Shown: in pieces, positions 49,030-59,567 of the stretch
Numbering within the stretch: position 1 is the first letter of the stretch
Layout of the letters: each line of letters opens with the position of its first letter
NCBI GenBank assembly: GCA_963827235.1
Contig: CAWHAE010000012.1
Span: forward strand, 1,184,001 to 1,248,000
Source of the DNA: an uncultured bacterium
GTDB taxonomy: Bacteria; Chloroflexota; UBA5177; JANWHV01
Direction: 5' to 3'
DNA length: 64,000 nt
Notes under the pieces: generated by a model
Database searches by the model: none
Told to the model about the DNA's origin: nothing
Seen by the model: only the letters and a program-made list of their open reading frames with translations
Made by a program: the position numbers and the translations under genes

Positions 49030-50070
49030 GTGAAAACACTACTCATCGGTGGCTCGGGCCTGATCAGCACCGAGATCACCCGCCTGTTCGTGAATCGCGG
49101 CGACGAGATCACCCTGTACAACCGCGGCCGGACTCCAGTGAGGGTTGACGGCCCGTTTCACCAGGTGCACGGCGACCGGACCGACTTCCCCCGCTTTGAA
49201 GCGCAGATGAGCGCGCTAGGCCACTTTGACTGCGTGATCGACATGGTCTGCTTTGACCCGGCCGAGGCGGAGAGCACGGTGCGGGCGTTCGGCGGCCGCG
49301 TCGATCAGTTCATCTTCTGCAGCACGGTCACCGTGTACAACAAAGCGGGCGACGGCTATCCGCTCGGCGAGGGAGCGCCTCGCGACCGGCCGGTGGGCGA
49401 CTACGCGCAGAAGAAGACGCTCTGTGAGGACGTGTTCTTCGAAGCGCACCGCCGCGGAGAACTCCCGGTTACCGTTCTGCGCCCCGGCCCGACCTACGGG
49501 GAATCAGGCACCGTGATCCATACCTTCGGCCTGTCGACCACCTACATCGACCGCATCCGCAAGGGCAAGCCGATCATCGTCCATGGCGACGGGAGCGGCC
49601 TTACCGTGGTCTGCCACGCGGCGGACGTCGCGCGGGGGTTTGCCGGCGCCTGCGGTAACCTGCTAACCCTGGGCAAGGCATACAACGTGACGGGGGAGGA
49701 ATGGCTGACCTGGACGCGGTACCACCAGAAGGTGGCCGAGGCCCTCGGCGCTCCCGAGCCGCGCATGGTCCATATCCCTACCGCGGTGCTTGGCGCCCTC
49801 GATCCGCGGCGCGCCTCGTTCATCGTCAACGACTTGCAGTACGTCAACATCTTCGATACCAGCGCGGCCCGCAGGGACCTCGGATTCCGCTATACGATCC
49901 CATTCGTGGAAGGAGCTCGCGCCGTGGTGGCCTGGCTGGACGCGCACGGCAGGGTGCAGAACAGCGACGAAGACACGTTCGACGACCGTCTGATCGCGTC
50001 CTGGGAAACCCTCTGCGCTGAGCTGGGCGCGCGGTTCCGGACGGCACCGATCCCGACAGAAGGCAACTAG
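49030..50070 (+). CDS. NAD-dependent epimerase/dehydratase family protein
   Basis: KTLLIGGSGLIS, LYNRG, FCSTVTVY, YAQKK and LRPGPTYG. Confidence 0.9.
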   Translation: MKTLLIGGSGLISTEITRLFVNRGDEITLYNRGRTPVRVDGPFHQVHGDRTDFPRFEAQMSALGHFDCVIDMVCFDPAEAESTVRAFGGRVDQFIFCSTVTVYNKAGDGYPLGEGAPRDRPVGDYAQKKTLCEDVFFEAHRRGELPVTVLRPGPTYGESGTVIHTFGLSTTYIDRIRKGKPIIVHGDGSGLTVVCHAADVARGFAGACGNLLTLGKAYNVTGEEWLTWTRYHQKVAEALGAPEPRMVHIPTAVLGALDPRRASFIVNDLQYVNIFDTSAARRDLGFRYTIPFVEGARAVVAWLDAHGRVQNSDEDTFDDRLIASWETLCAELGARFRTAPIPTEGN

Positions 50071-50235
50071 GGGCGATCAGGCCGCGGAGCTCCGAACTCG
50101 CTCGATACGCGCGGGCCGCGGGCTTCGCGGTTGCCTGCCGGGCACACGGCAGCAGGCAACCGACCACGAGCCTACCGGCGCACGATCACGCGATTGCGAC
50201 GAACTACAGTCAGAAAGTAGAAGCAGGAAACAACG

Positions 50236-52035
50236 ATGAGTATTCCGCGACCAGAGTATCCGCGACCACAGTTTGTGCGTGCCGACTGGCTGTGTCTCAA
50301 CGGCGAATGGCAGTTTGAGATCGACTCCGGCGACAGCGGACTGGAGCGCGGCCTGCTGCGGCGCGACCTCACGCAGCGCATCGTGGTGCCCTTCTGCCCG
50401 GAGGCGCCCCTCTCCGGCATCGGCAATACCGACTTCATGCACGCGGTGTGGTATCGCCGCACCGTGACCGTGCCCGCCGAATGGGCAGGCCGCCGCGTGC
50501 TGCTCCACCTGCAGGCCGTCGATTACGATGCCACGGTCTGGGTCAACGGCAAGGAAGTGGGCCGCCACCGCGGCGGCTTCACACCCTTCACCTGCGATCT
50601 GCACGGCGTCGCCGCGCCGGGCGAGGCGATCACCATCGTCGTTCGCGCTCGGGACGACTACCACGTTCCCCAGCCGCGTGGTAAGCAGGCCGAGCTTTAT
50701 GACAACAACGGCTGCGATTACGTCAGGACCACCGGAATCTGGCAGACGGTCTGGCTGGAGCCCGTCCCCCACTGCCACCTGCTGCGGCCCCGCTTGACTC
50801 CCGACGTTGCCGCCGGCTCCATCCGTCTGGAACAGGGGCTGAGCGAGAACCGCCGCGGCTATCGCGTCCGAGCCGCCCTGCGCGATGCCCTGGGCGTGGT
50901 CGCCACTGCCCAGCGCGCCGCCGATGCGGACCGCACGCCCACCCTTGATCTGCCCGTCCCCGCCGACCGGCGCCGCCCGTGGTCACCCGACGACCCGCAC
51001 CTCTATGACCTCGAGATCGAGCTCCTCGACGCCGAGGGACGCACCGTCGATCGGGCCACGAGCTACGCGGGCCTGCGCAGCGTGACCACCGAGGGCACGG
51101 CAATCAAGATCAACGGCCGTACGATCTTCCAGCGGCTCGTGCTCGATCAAGGCTACTACGCGGACGGCATCCTGACCGCTCCTACCGACGAGGCCCTGCG
51201 CAAGGACATCGAGCTTGGACTGGCCGCAGGCTTCAACGGAGCCCGGCTGCACCAGAAGGTATTCGAGGAGCGCTACCTCTACCACGCCGACCACCTGGGC
51301 TATCTGGTGTGGGGCGAGTTCCCCGACTGGGGCTGCGGCGGCTACGGGCCGGAGCACGATCACCAGCAGCCGGGTGCCGCCTACATCACGCAGTGGCTGG
51401 AGGCAATCATGCGCGACTACGCGCATCCTTGCATCGTGGGCTGGTGTCCGATGAACGAAACGCACCAGCGCATCACCGACCGCATTTCCGTGCTGGACGA
51501 CGTCATGCGCGGCATGTTCCTGGCAGCCAAAGCCCTGGACACCACCCGGCCGGTGCTGGACACCTCGGGCTATTCCCATCGCGTGCCCGAGGCGGACGTG
51601 TACGACTGCCATGACTACGAGCAGGATACGGCCGTCTTCAAGGAGAATTACCGCTATCCCGACTCGGCAGGCGGTCCGGCGTTCGTGCGCACGCAGGCGC
51701 ATCTCGCCTGGTCTCTCCCCTACCGCGACCAGCCGTTCTTCGTCAGCGAGTTCGGGGGCATCTGGTGGAATCCCCTGGTCAAGCCGGAAGAGTTCTCCTG
51801 GGGCTACGGTAATCGCCCTGCCAATCTGGAGGAGTTCTTCGCACGCTTTACCGGTCTGATTGATACCCTGCTGGACGATCCGGCCATGTTCGGCTACTGC
51901 TACACGCAGCTCACCGACGTGTACCAGGAGCAGAACGGGATCTACACCTTCGATCGGCAAGAGAAGTTCGACATGGAGCGCGTACGCCGTGTGCAGCGGC
52001 GCCCCGCGGCGTGTGAAGCGGCGCCGAGGGAATAG
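50236..52035 (+). CDS. Glycoside hydrolase family 2 (beta-galactosidase/glucuronidase-like)
   Basis: PRPEYPRPQFVR..W..LNGEWQF, TGIWQTVWLE, LVLDQGYY, WCPMNE (acid/base) and VSEFGG (nucleophile). Confidence 0.93.
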   Translation: MSIPRPEYPRPQFVRADWLCLNGEWQFEIDSGDSGLERGLLRRDLTQRIVVPFCPEAPLSGIGNTDFMHAVWYRRTVTVPAEWAGRRVLLHLQAVDYDATVWVNGKEVGRHRGGFTPFTCDLHGVAAPGEAITIVVRARDDYHVPQPRGKQAELYDNNGCDYVRTTGIWQTVWLEPVPHCHLLRPRLTPDVAAGSIRLEQGLSENRRGYRVRAALRDALGVVATAQRAADADRTPTLDLPVPADRRRPWSPDDPHLYDLEIELLDAEGRTVDRATSYAGLRSVTTEGTAIKINGRTIFQRLVLDQGYYADGILTAPTDEALRKDIELGLAAGFNGARLHQKVFEERYLYHADHLGYLVWGEFPDWGCGGYGPEHDHQQPGAAYITQWLEAIMRDYAHPCIVGWCPMNETHQRITDRISVLDDVMRGMFLAAKALDTTRPVLDTSGYSHRVPEADVYDCHDYEQDTAVFKENYRYPDSAGGPAFVRTQAHLAWSLPYRDQPFFVSEFGGIWWNPLVKPEEFSWGYGNRPANLEEFFARFTGLIDTLLDDPAMFGYCYTQLTDVYQEQNGIYTFDRQEKFDMERVRRVQRRPAACEAAPRE

Positions 52036-52181
52036 GGCGGGCAGGCAGTGCCGCGTCGCCGGTGGCGCAATCCTGCGACGCCGCCCGCCTTGTATTGACG
52101 ACGGAGTATCGAAGCCGAAGGAGCACCACTGATGGTATTGTCGCGTCTTGCCGAGGTTGGCTGCATCATGGGAGGTGCGCG

Positions 52182-53450
52182 ATGACTCCGCGGGACCGCG
52201 TGCTGCGCGCGCTGGCCTTCGAGCGGACCGACCGCGTGCCGTGCGACCTGGGCGCTATGCGCTCCACGGGCATCAGCGCATTTGCTTACCCAAAGCTGGT
52301 CGAGGCTCTCGGCCTTCCGCCCAGACGGCCACGCGTCCACGACACCGAGCAGATGCTGGCCTTGCCGGATAGGGATGTGCTGGATGCGCTCGGCTGCGAC
52401 GTCGTCACCATCGACGGCGGCGTGACCAACGCCTTCGACGAGCCCGAGAAATGGCACGACTACGACTTCGCCGGCCGTCTGCCGGCACGGGTGCTCGACC
52501 CCACCGCGTTCCAGGCCTTGTCCGACGGCAGCATCGTGCAGGGAGGCGGCACGCGACGGATGCCGGCCACGTCCTTCGTCTTCGACGTCGAGCATGGCGG
52601 CCAGCCACTGCTCGGTTTCGACCAGCCACTGCCTCTGCTCGATCTGCGGCAGTATGCCCGGGACCTGCAGGCCCAGGAGCCGACCGGCGAGCAGATTCGG
52701 CGGGCGGCAACCCTGGCGCGACGCGTACGCGATGCAACCGACCGGGCAGTATTCATGGCCGACTACTGTTACGCGGGGCTGGGGATCGGCGCTCACGGCG
52801 GGATCGGCATCTTCCCCGTGATCTGCAAGCTGGAGCCGGACTACGTGCACGAGTACCACGAGATCACGATTGAGCACGCCCTGCGGACCATTCGCGCGGT
52901 CCTGCCTGAGCTGCGGGGCTGCGTCGACGTCGCGATCACCACGACGGACGACTGGGGGACGCAACAGTCGCTGATCGCCTCCCCGCAGACCTATCGCACA
53001 CTCTTCATGCCCTATTACCGCCGCTTCAACGAGGAGGTGCACCGGCTGCTGCCGGGCGTGAAGGTATTCATCCACACCTGCGGTGCCATCTACGGCATCC
53101 TCGACATGCTGGTGGAAAGCGGCTTCGACATCATCAACCCCGTGCAATGGCCGGCCGGCGGACATTCCTACCGGGACTGGAAGGATGCGCTGCGAGGCAA
53201 AGCCACCATGTGGGGCGGCGGCGTCAATGCCCAGGCGACACTGGCCCTGGGCACGACGACGCAGGTGACAGAGGAGGTCACCGACGTCGTGCGCTACTGC
53301 CGGGAGGACGGCGGTTACGTCTTCAACAGCATCCACAATCTGCTGGCGGAGGTACCGGCGGAACGGGTGGTGGCCATGTACAGGGCTGCCGTCCAGTGCA
53401 CATCTCCCAGGCCACGGCGGCCTGACGAAGAACGTGCGGATGGGCGATAG
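52182..53450 (+). CDS. Uroporphyrinogen decarboxylase / MtaA-CmuA methyltransferase-like family protein
   Basis: MTPRDRVLRALAFERTDRVP, DDWGTQQSL, FIHTCG, GFDIINPVQ, WGGGVNAQ and GGYVFNSIHN. Confidence 0.88.
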   Translation: MTPRDRVLRALAFERTDRVPCDLGAMRSTGISAFAYPKLVEALGLPPRRPRVHDTEQMLALPDRDVLDALGCDVVTIDGGVTNAFDEPEKWHDYDFAGRLPARVLDPTAFQALSDGSIVQGGGTRRMPATSFVFDVEHGGQPLLGFDQPLPLLDLRQYARDLQAQEPTGEQIRRAATLARRVRDATDRAVFMADYCYAGLGIGAHGGIGIFPVICKLEPDYVHEYHEITIEHALRTIRAVLPELRGCVDVAITTTDDWGTQQSLIASPQTYRTLFMPYYRRFNEEVHRLLPGVKVFIHTCGAIYGILDMLVESGFDIINPVQWPAGGHSYRDWKDALRGKATMWGGGVNAQATLALGTTTQVTEEVTDVVRYCREDGGYVFNSIHNLLAEVPAERVVAMYRAAVQCTSPRPRRPDEERADGR

Positions 53451-53688
53451 TCGTCTCACTCGGCGCTAGACGCTTCCCATCCGAATAAGCGGCGCGGCGG
53501 GCGAGGAGCCTCCACCTGCGGTGAGAAGGCAGGGAAAGGGCCGGCCGGTCTACTCACCGCGGGTAGCGGCGCCAGGCTCGTGGCCGGCCGGAAGCAGCTC
53601 GATACCACCGATGCTTTGGTGCTCCCGCCGGTCGCGAGCGACGCGCTACACCGGTGGCGATACGCTGTAGGGAACGCGTGGGGTAGCG

Positions 53689-54306
53689 GTGGGCAGGATC
53701 GCGGGCGATGCCGGCGCGGCGACCTCACAGCGGCAGGGCCGGATCGTCGACGGGAGGCCAATCACGGAGGTCTCAGGCACGGGTGCGGATCTACAATTCC
53801 GGGCGGCTGTGCCGGACGACGCCGGCATGATCGCCGCGCTGCACGCCGACAGCTGGCGTCGCACGTACAGGGGTGTCTTCTCCGACGTCTACCTGGATCA
53901 CGAAGCGCCATCCGAGCGCCGCCGCTACTGGCACCGCCATCTGCGGACGAAGCCGGGTGCGCAGCAGCGCGTCCTGGTGGCCCTCGACGGCGGCACCTGT
54001 GCCGGTTTCATCTGTATCGTCCTGGACGCCGAGCCGGCCTGGGGTCCGCTGCTCGACAATCTGCATGTGCGGCAGGACTACCAGAGCCGCGGCATTGGAC
54101 GGCGCCTGGTCGAGGCCGGGCGTCTCTGGGTGCGGTGCCGTGGCCCGCACGACAGGTGGCATCTGTGGGTGGTGGAGAGCAACCAGGCTGCCCGCCGTAT
54201 CTACGAGCATCTTGGTTGGGCACCGGCAGAACGATCCATCCACCATGCACCTGACGGCTCCGAGTTCCCGGCGTGGCGCTACGTACAGGACATCCCGGCA
54301 CAGTAG
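53689..54306 (+). CDS. GNAT family acetyltransferase
   Basis: IAALHADSWRRTY, LDNLHVRQDYQSRGIGRRL and LWVVESNQAARRIYEHLG. The true start is probably downstream. Confidence 0.85.
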   Translation: MGRIAGDAGAATSQRQGRIVDGRPITEVSGTGADLQFRAAVPDDAGMIAALHADSWRRTYRGVFSDVYLDHEAPSERRRYWHRHLRTKPGAQQRVLVALDGGTCAGFICIVLDAEPAWGPLLDNLHVRQDYQSRGIGRRLVEAGRLWVRCRGPHDRWHLWVVESNQAARRIYEHLGWAPAERSIHHAPDGSEFPAWRYVQDIPAQ

Positions 54307-54484
54307 CGGTGCTTCTCGCCTCGCCGCGATCGCCCGGCACCGGTCAGAGCCCAGAACATCAGCAGGAGCGAACCGAACTCTGAACGTCACCGGAGAATGG
54401 AGATGGCGGTTAGTCCGGCGCTGACCCAGTACCGCCGGTCTCATAGTGCTCTCCCTATGCGGCCGAACGTGTGCCTCGAACTCA

Positions 54485-55762
54485 CTACCAGATCGTCAGA
54501 GAGTCAAGGAGGAGCTGGCGCAGCGTCGTCTCAGTGAATAGGCGCGGCGACAGCTTGGTGACGCGGTGTTGGGGCAAAGTTCCGGCGACGAGCTGGTCCA
54601 CATCCGCCGGTGTGAAGCCGACCGCCTGCAGCCCGTTGGGCATGCCGGTCTGCTGCATCAGTCGCACGATCGCCCCGGCGAGCGCCTCGCCGGCGGCATC
54701 TTCGTCTACCTCGCTGGTGTCGGCGCCCAGCAGGCGTGCCGCATGCAAGTGTCGCTGCGGATTCGCCGCCGCTGTGAAGCGGAACACGGCAGGAGCCGTC
54801 AGGATCACGGACATGCCATGCGGGATGATCGGGTGGTCGGCAGGATAATCTGAGGGCACGAAGTGGCGAGCCAGACCGGAGATGGGGTAGGACATGCCGT
54901 GCGGCAGGTGTACGCCCGCGTTGCCAAAGCCGATGCCGGCGTAGGTCGCCGCCAACAGCATCTGTTCACGCGCCTCGTCGTCCGTGGGATCCGAGATGGT
55001 GCGCACGAGCGAGCGGGCGACCATGGCGATTGCCTGGGTGGACCAGACGTCGCTGATCGGGTTAGCACCCTGATAGCTCGGCCGAAGACCTGGCTGCTCG
55101 GGTGCCTGCCGCGCGGAGAACGGCAGGGCCGTGTAGGATTCGAGGGCGTGGCTGAGCACGTCCAGGCCGCTGCAGGCAGCGACCATCTTCGGCAGTGCGC
55201 GTGTGTTGTCCGGGTCGACGATGCCCAGGGCGGGGCGCAGCGCACGGTGCGCAATGCCGGTCTTCGCATGCAGATCCTGGCAGTCGAAGATCGCCACGCC
55301 GGTCGTCTCGCTGCCGGTCCCCGCCGTGGTAGGGATGGCGATCAGCGGTCGCAAGGGGCCCGGCACCGGACGCGCCTGTCCGATCGGCGCGTTCACGTAG
55401 GTCAGCAAGTCGGCGGGGTAGGTGGCATAGAGGTTGGCCGCTTTGGCGGTATCGATGCTGGAGCCGCCTCCCACGGCTACATACCCATCGAAGCGGCCGG
55501 CGACGGCAAATTCTATCGCTTCGGCGAACGAACGGTCGGTCGGTTCCACGCGCACGGCGTCGAAGAGCACGGCGTCGATTCGGGCGGCGCCGAGGGCATC
55601 CAGCGTGACCGCGACGCTCTCGCTTGCGGCGAGCACGTGATCGGTGACGACCATCACGCGCCGGCCACCCAAGCGCAACATGTCGGCACCCACCTCGCGC
55701 GTGGCGCCGCGGCCGAACTTGATGCTGGAGGTATCCATCGTGAAGACCGTTTCGACAGTCAT
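54485..55762 (-). CDS. Hydroxyacid-oxoacid transhydrogenase (HOT/ADHFE1-like, Fe-ADH family)
   Basis: VGGGSSIDTAKAANLY, YVNAPIG, PTTAGTGSETTG, DVLSHALESYT, FGNAGVHLPHGMSYPISG and PHGMSV. Confidence 0.92.
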   Translation of the reverse strand: MTVETVFTMDTSSIKFGRGATREVGADMLRLGGRRVMVVTDHVLAASESVAVTLDALGAARIDAVLFDAVRVEPTDRSFAEAIEFAVAGRFDGYVAVGGGSSIDTAKAANLYATYPADLLTYVNAPIGQARPVPGPLRPLIAIPTTAGTGSETTGVAIFDCQDLHAKTGIAHRALRPALGIVDPDNTRALPKMVAACSGLDVLSHALESYTALPFSARQAPEQPGLRPSYQGANPISDVWSTQAIAMVARSLVRTISDPTDDEAREQMLLAATYAGIGFGNAGVHLPHGMSYPISGLARHFVPSDYPADHPIIPHGMSVILTAPAVFRFTAAANPQRHLHAARLLGADTSEVDEDAAGEALAGAIVRLMQQTGMPNGLQAVGFTPADVDQLVAGTLPQHRVTKLSPRLFTETTLRQLLLDSLTIW

Positions 55763-55936
55763 TGGTCACCTCGTTGTTGGGTGTAGAGGAGTTTGAACAG
55801 GCTTGAGGCGCATGATACGGCCCGATTGCATAGGTGGTGACATCCAGAACGGCGGGTGCCGAGTGCGCGGGATATCGAGCCACGATGTTGGTTGACGCTC
55901 TATCCTCCTCGACGGTGCGCTATTCGTTGATCTCAT

Positions 55937-55986
55937 CCTATCAGCCTAGCGGATAGCTTGACAGGTTCGGCATAGTGGCGTACAGT
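55937..55986 (+). promoter_or_regulatory. Promoter with candidate FadR/GntR operator, site 1
   Basis: cctatc...ctagcggatag-c-TTGACA(55958)-17-TACAGT. Confidence 0.6.
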
Positions 55987-56207
55987 ATCGCGTATTGCGG
56001 CAGCCCATGCGATGTCACGCCGGCAGACCTCGCAGACCGTTCCTCCATGTCAGTCGTCCTGCGAGGCGCGGGTAAGGCTGTGTTCGCGTCGCTTGGTGCA
56101 CGGCAACGTGACGGAACTGTGCCGCCGACCTCATTTGGTGCGATACGGTGCCCGACGTTGCATGTCATGAGGACCTGCCTCGCACCCACTGCCAAGGGTG
56201 GGAATAG

Positions 56208-56957
56208 ATGGAGATTGAGACACCCGACATCGTGCGCCTGCCGCGGGAGCTTGTCGAGGGCCTGGCGAGCATTGGGAGCGCGACGGCCACAAGCGAGTTG
56301 AGTCGTCTGGGTATCCGCTCTGCGCATCTGCAGGGCCTCACGTCCTGGACGCCCGGCGTGGCCATGGCGGGCTCCGCACTGACTCTGCAGTTCATGCCCA
56401 AACGTGAGGACGTCTACACGGCCGCGGAATATGCCGATCCGGAGCGGCAGCTGCACCGGCACGTGCTCTACCGCGCCCAGCCCGGTGATGTCGTGGTGGT
56501 CGATGCCCGCGGAGATCTGGGGAGCGGCGTGTTCGGCGACATGATGTTGACCTACTTCAAGGGGCGGGGGGGCCGTGGCGTCGTCGTAGATGGCTGCATC
56601 CGCGACTATCCCAGGGTGAAGCGCCTCGGACTCGGCCTCTGGCTGCGCGGCGTCACACCCAACTTCCATACACAGACCGCCATCTTTCCCTACGCGGTGA
56701 ACGTGCCGATTGCCTGCGGCGGTGTGCTGGTGCAGCCGGGTGACGTGATCGTCGCAGATGACGATGGTGCGGTCGTCGTCCCGGCCTCGCTGGCCTCTGC
56801 GCTGCTCGAGGCGGCCAGCCAGCACGCCGAATGGGAGGATTTTGCCCGACTGCGGCTCTCGGAGGGCGGCGATCTCCGGCGCTACTACCCGCTGTCGGAG
56901 GAGGCGCGGACCGAATACCTGGCCTGGCGGGCCTCGCAGGGCCCGGACAAGCCCTGA
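56208..56957 (+). CDS. RraA / HMG-CHA aldolase family protein
   Basis: MAGSALTLQFMP, GDVVVVDARG, GVFGDMM, VVVDGCIRD and VQPGDVIVADDDGAVVVP. Confidence 0.9.
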   Translation: MEIETPDIVRLPRELVEGLASIGSATATSELSRLGIRSAHLQGLTSWTPGVAMAGSALTLQFMPKREDVYTAAEYADPERQLHRHVLYRAQPGDVVVVDARGDLGSGVFGDMMLTYFKGRGGRGVVVDGCIRDYPRVKRLGLGLWLRGVTPNFHTQTAIFPYAVNVPIACGGVLVQPGDVIVADDDGAVVVPASLASALLEAASQHAEWEDFARLRLSEGGDLRRYYPLSEEARTEYLAWRASQGPDKP

Positions 56958-56975
56958 ATAGGACCGCTATACCGA

Positions 56976-57026
56976 CCTATCATACTATCATATAGCTTGA
57001 CAGGATGACCCCCACAGTGCCATAAT
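56976..57026 (+). promoter_or_regulatory. Promoter with candidate FadR/GntR operator, site 2
   Basis: cctatcata-ctatcatatag-c-TTGACA(56997)-18-CATAAT. Confidence 0.6.
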
Positions 57027-57089
57027 TGTTGAATCGCGCGGGGACGCAAACGGATCGTTGGATCCGGCAGGGTTTTGGAGGAGGTCGAC

Positions 57090-58469
57090 ATGGCCAGAGA
57101 AGGGTCACGGTCGCGCAGAGAGTTCTTGCTAGACACGGCACGAGTGGGAGCCGGTGTCGCCGCGGGCGCCGGGATGCTTGGCACAGTTGCGAGGGTGCAG
57201 GCCGCACGGCCGAGTGCCGGCGCCGTCACCATCACCTATCTGGACTATCAAAAGCTCCGCGCCGAGTGGGTCGCGCGCTGGATCCCCAAGTTCGAAGCCA
57301 TGACCGCGGCAGCCGGCAACCCGATCAAGGTGAATCACCAGGTCGGCCCAACCCCCGACGTGGACTTCCAGACCAAGATCACGGTCGAATACGCCGCCAA
57401 CAACGGACCGGACGTGAGCTGCTACGGCTCGAGTTGGCTGCTGCCCTTTGTCTCCGCCGGTTACCTGCAGGATCTCACGCCCTACGTGAGCAAGTGGTCC
57501 GACTGGAGTAAGTACTATCCTATCTCCCTCAAACCGGTCACGGTCGGGGGCAAAGTCTACGCCGTGCCTCAGGAAGCATCCCTGGAATTCCTCTTCTACC
57601 ACAAGGATATTCTGACCAAGGCCGGCATCTCTACCGCGCAGCCTACCAGCTGGGCCGATCTGCTGGACCGCGGTCGCGAGATCAAGGCCAAGACCGGCAA
57701 ATACGCCATGCTGTTCGATGCCGGCATCCAGTGGGGCGGCGGCGTGTGGCAGGAGGCCTTCGGTCCTCTGATGCTGGGCACGAAGAGCCCGATCTACGAC
57801 GCGGCATCCTCCAAGTGGGTTGTGCGCAGCCAGGGGCTGCTGCAAACCTTCCAGTTCTACGAGTCGCTCTACACCGAGCAGTTGATGCCGATCCAGCCGC
57901 TGCTGAATCCCTCTCCATGGGTGATCCCAAAGTATAAGATGTTCCCCGCGGGACAACTGGTGATCAGCGTTGGCGGCAGTTGGTCGTGGCAATTTGACTG
58001 GGGGGCGCAGGGCGCCGGTCCTATCGCCAACGAGCTCGCCGTCCTGGGCACATGGGATTTCCCCACGCAGGATGGATCCAGCAAGCCCTATGTCTGGACC
58101 GCCGATGGCTATGCCTACACTATTTCGGCCAACAGTCAGCACCCGCAGGAGGCGTTCGAGTTCATCAAGTTCCTGGCGTCGCCCGGCCCTTCGGCTGACG
58201 AGCTCTATTCGATCGGCGCGGTGGCGCCGCGCAAGGACCTGCGCAACACCGCTCCGTATGACAAGCTGCCCAAGATCGTGAGCACCGAAAGCCAGTTGAC
58301 CACCGGCAAGTTCTTCCTGAATTACAACGGCATCGACAAATGGGAGACCTATATCGCCGCGGCGACTGAGTCCATCATCACCGGCAAGGCGACCGCGCAG
58401 CAGGCACTCGACCAGTTCGCCGCCGCGTGCACGAAGGGGATGGGCTCCAGCAGCGTCACCCAGGAGTAG
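57090..58469 (+). CDS. Carbohydrate ABC substrate-binding protein with Tat signal
   Basis: GGAGGAGG RBS, SRREFLL, GPDV, LQDLTPY, VYAVP and LFYHKDIL. Confidence 0.92.
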   Translation: MAREGSRSRREFLLDTARVGAGVAAGAGMLGTVARVQAARPSAGAVTITYLDYQKLRAEWVARWIPKFEAMTAAAGNPIKVNHQVGPTPDVDFQTKITVEYAANNGPDVSCYGSSWLLPFVSAGYLQDLTPYVSKWSDWSKYYPISLKPVTVGGKVYAVPQEASLEFLFYHKDILTKAGISTAQPTSWADLLDRGREIKAKTGKYAMLFDAGIQWGGGVWQEAFGPLMLGTKSPIYDAASSKWVVRSQGLLQTFQFYESLYTEQLMPIQPLLNPSPWVIPKYKMFPAGQLVISVGGSWSWQFDWGAQGAGPIANELAVLGTWDFPTQDGSSKPYVWTADGYAYTISANSQHPQEAFEFIKFLASPGPSADELYSIGAVAPRKDLRNTAPYDKLPKIVSTESQLTTGKFFLNYNGIDKWETYIAAATESIITGKATAQQALDQFAAACTKGMGSSSVTQE

Positions 58470-58486
58470 CGCACCGGATTGCGGCT

Positions 58487-58526
58487 CGTGGGGATTGGGG
58501 CGTCGGTCGGCGCCCCAATCCCCACG
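58487..58526 (+). terminator. Hairpin after the SBP gene (mRNA stabiliser or attenuator)
   Basis: cgtggggattggggcg...cgccccaatccccacg. Confidence 0.6.
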
Positions 58527-58679
58527 TAAATCAGCAGGCGGATCCTGGTGCCGGTGCGCAACTGCGGCCCGCCACTAATGGCCTCGCCGGCACCGCGCCA
58601 TGCGTGTGCCGGCCGCGCAACGATCACATGCAAAGCCATCCCGGGCATGGGCCGTGAAGCGGATCTGCATGGAGGCTGG

Positions 58680-59567
58680 ATGTTCTTCCGACGGCGTGAA
58701 CGGGTTATCCTGCTCCTGTTCCTGATCCCGGCGCTCGTGCTGCTCGTCGGCTTTCTGCTTGTCCCTGCGGTCTGGGCCGTCTACCTCAGCTTTACCGACC
58801 GCGCGCTGACCGGACCACAAGCCCGCCACCCGGACGTCATCGGGCTGGCTAACTATGCCAACCTCTTTCAGGACTCCAGCTTCTACCAGTCGCTCTGGCT
58901 CACGCTGATCTTCGTTTTCCTCTCGGCGATCGTCGGCCAGTTCGTCGTGGGCCTGCTCGCGGCACTCGTGTTGAACCGCAAGGGCGTACGCGGCGGGGCC
59001 ATCTTCTCCGCCGCGATTCTCATGCCCCTGATCGTGCCGGAGACGATCGCCGCCTACGCCTGGGGCAGCATGCTGGCATCCGGCACCTATGGCGTGGCAA
59101 ATAAGCTGGTCGGGTTGGTCGGTGTCTCGCCGGTCGACTGGCTGCAATCGCAGCCCATGGCCTCGATCATCGTCATGAATATCTGGCGTGGCATCGCCTT
59201 TGCCATGATCATCTTTCAGGCCGCTCTGCAGGGCATTCAACCCGAGATCTTCGAAGCCGCAGACATGGACGGCGCCGGTACGTGGAGTCGCCTGTTCCAC
59301 ATCACGCTGCCGCTGCTCCGCCACGCCATCCTGCTCTACATGCTGCTCACGACGATCTTCACTTTCGGCATCTTCGGCCTAGTCTACATCCTGACCGCCG
59401 GAGGGCCCGGCACTGCGACGCAGATTCTAGGTATCTACATCTACCAGACCTCCTTCCGCTTCTTCGAGCTGGGCTATGGCAGCGCGGCCGCCGTGGTCAC
59501 GCTCCTTGTCGCTCTCTCGCTGGGTCTGGTCTATATCCGCGTGCTGCGGCCGGAGGGAGTCTCATGA
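58680..59567 (+). CDS. Carbohydrate ABC permease 1
   Basis: IGLANY, IFEAADMDGA and TAGGPG. Confidence 0.92.
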   Translation: MFFRRRERVILLLFLIPALVLLVGFLLVPAVWAVYLSFTDRALTGPQARHPDVIGLANYANLFQDSSFYQSLWLTLIFVFLSAIVGQFVVGLLAALVLNRKGVRGGAIFSAAILMPLIVPETIAAYAWGSMLASGTYGVANKLVGLVGVSPVDWLQSQPMASIIVMNIWRGIAFAMIIFQAALQGIQPEIFEAADMDGAGTWSRLFHITLPLLRHAILLYMLLTTIFTFGIFGLVYILTAGGPGTATQILGIYIYQTSFRFFELGYGSAAAVVTLLVALSLGLVYIRVLRPEGVS

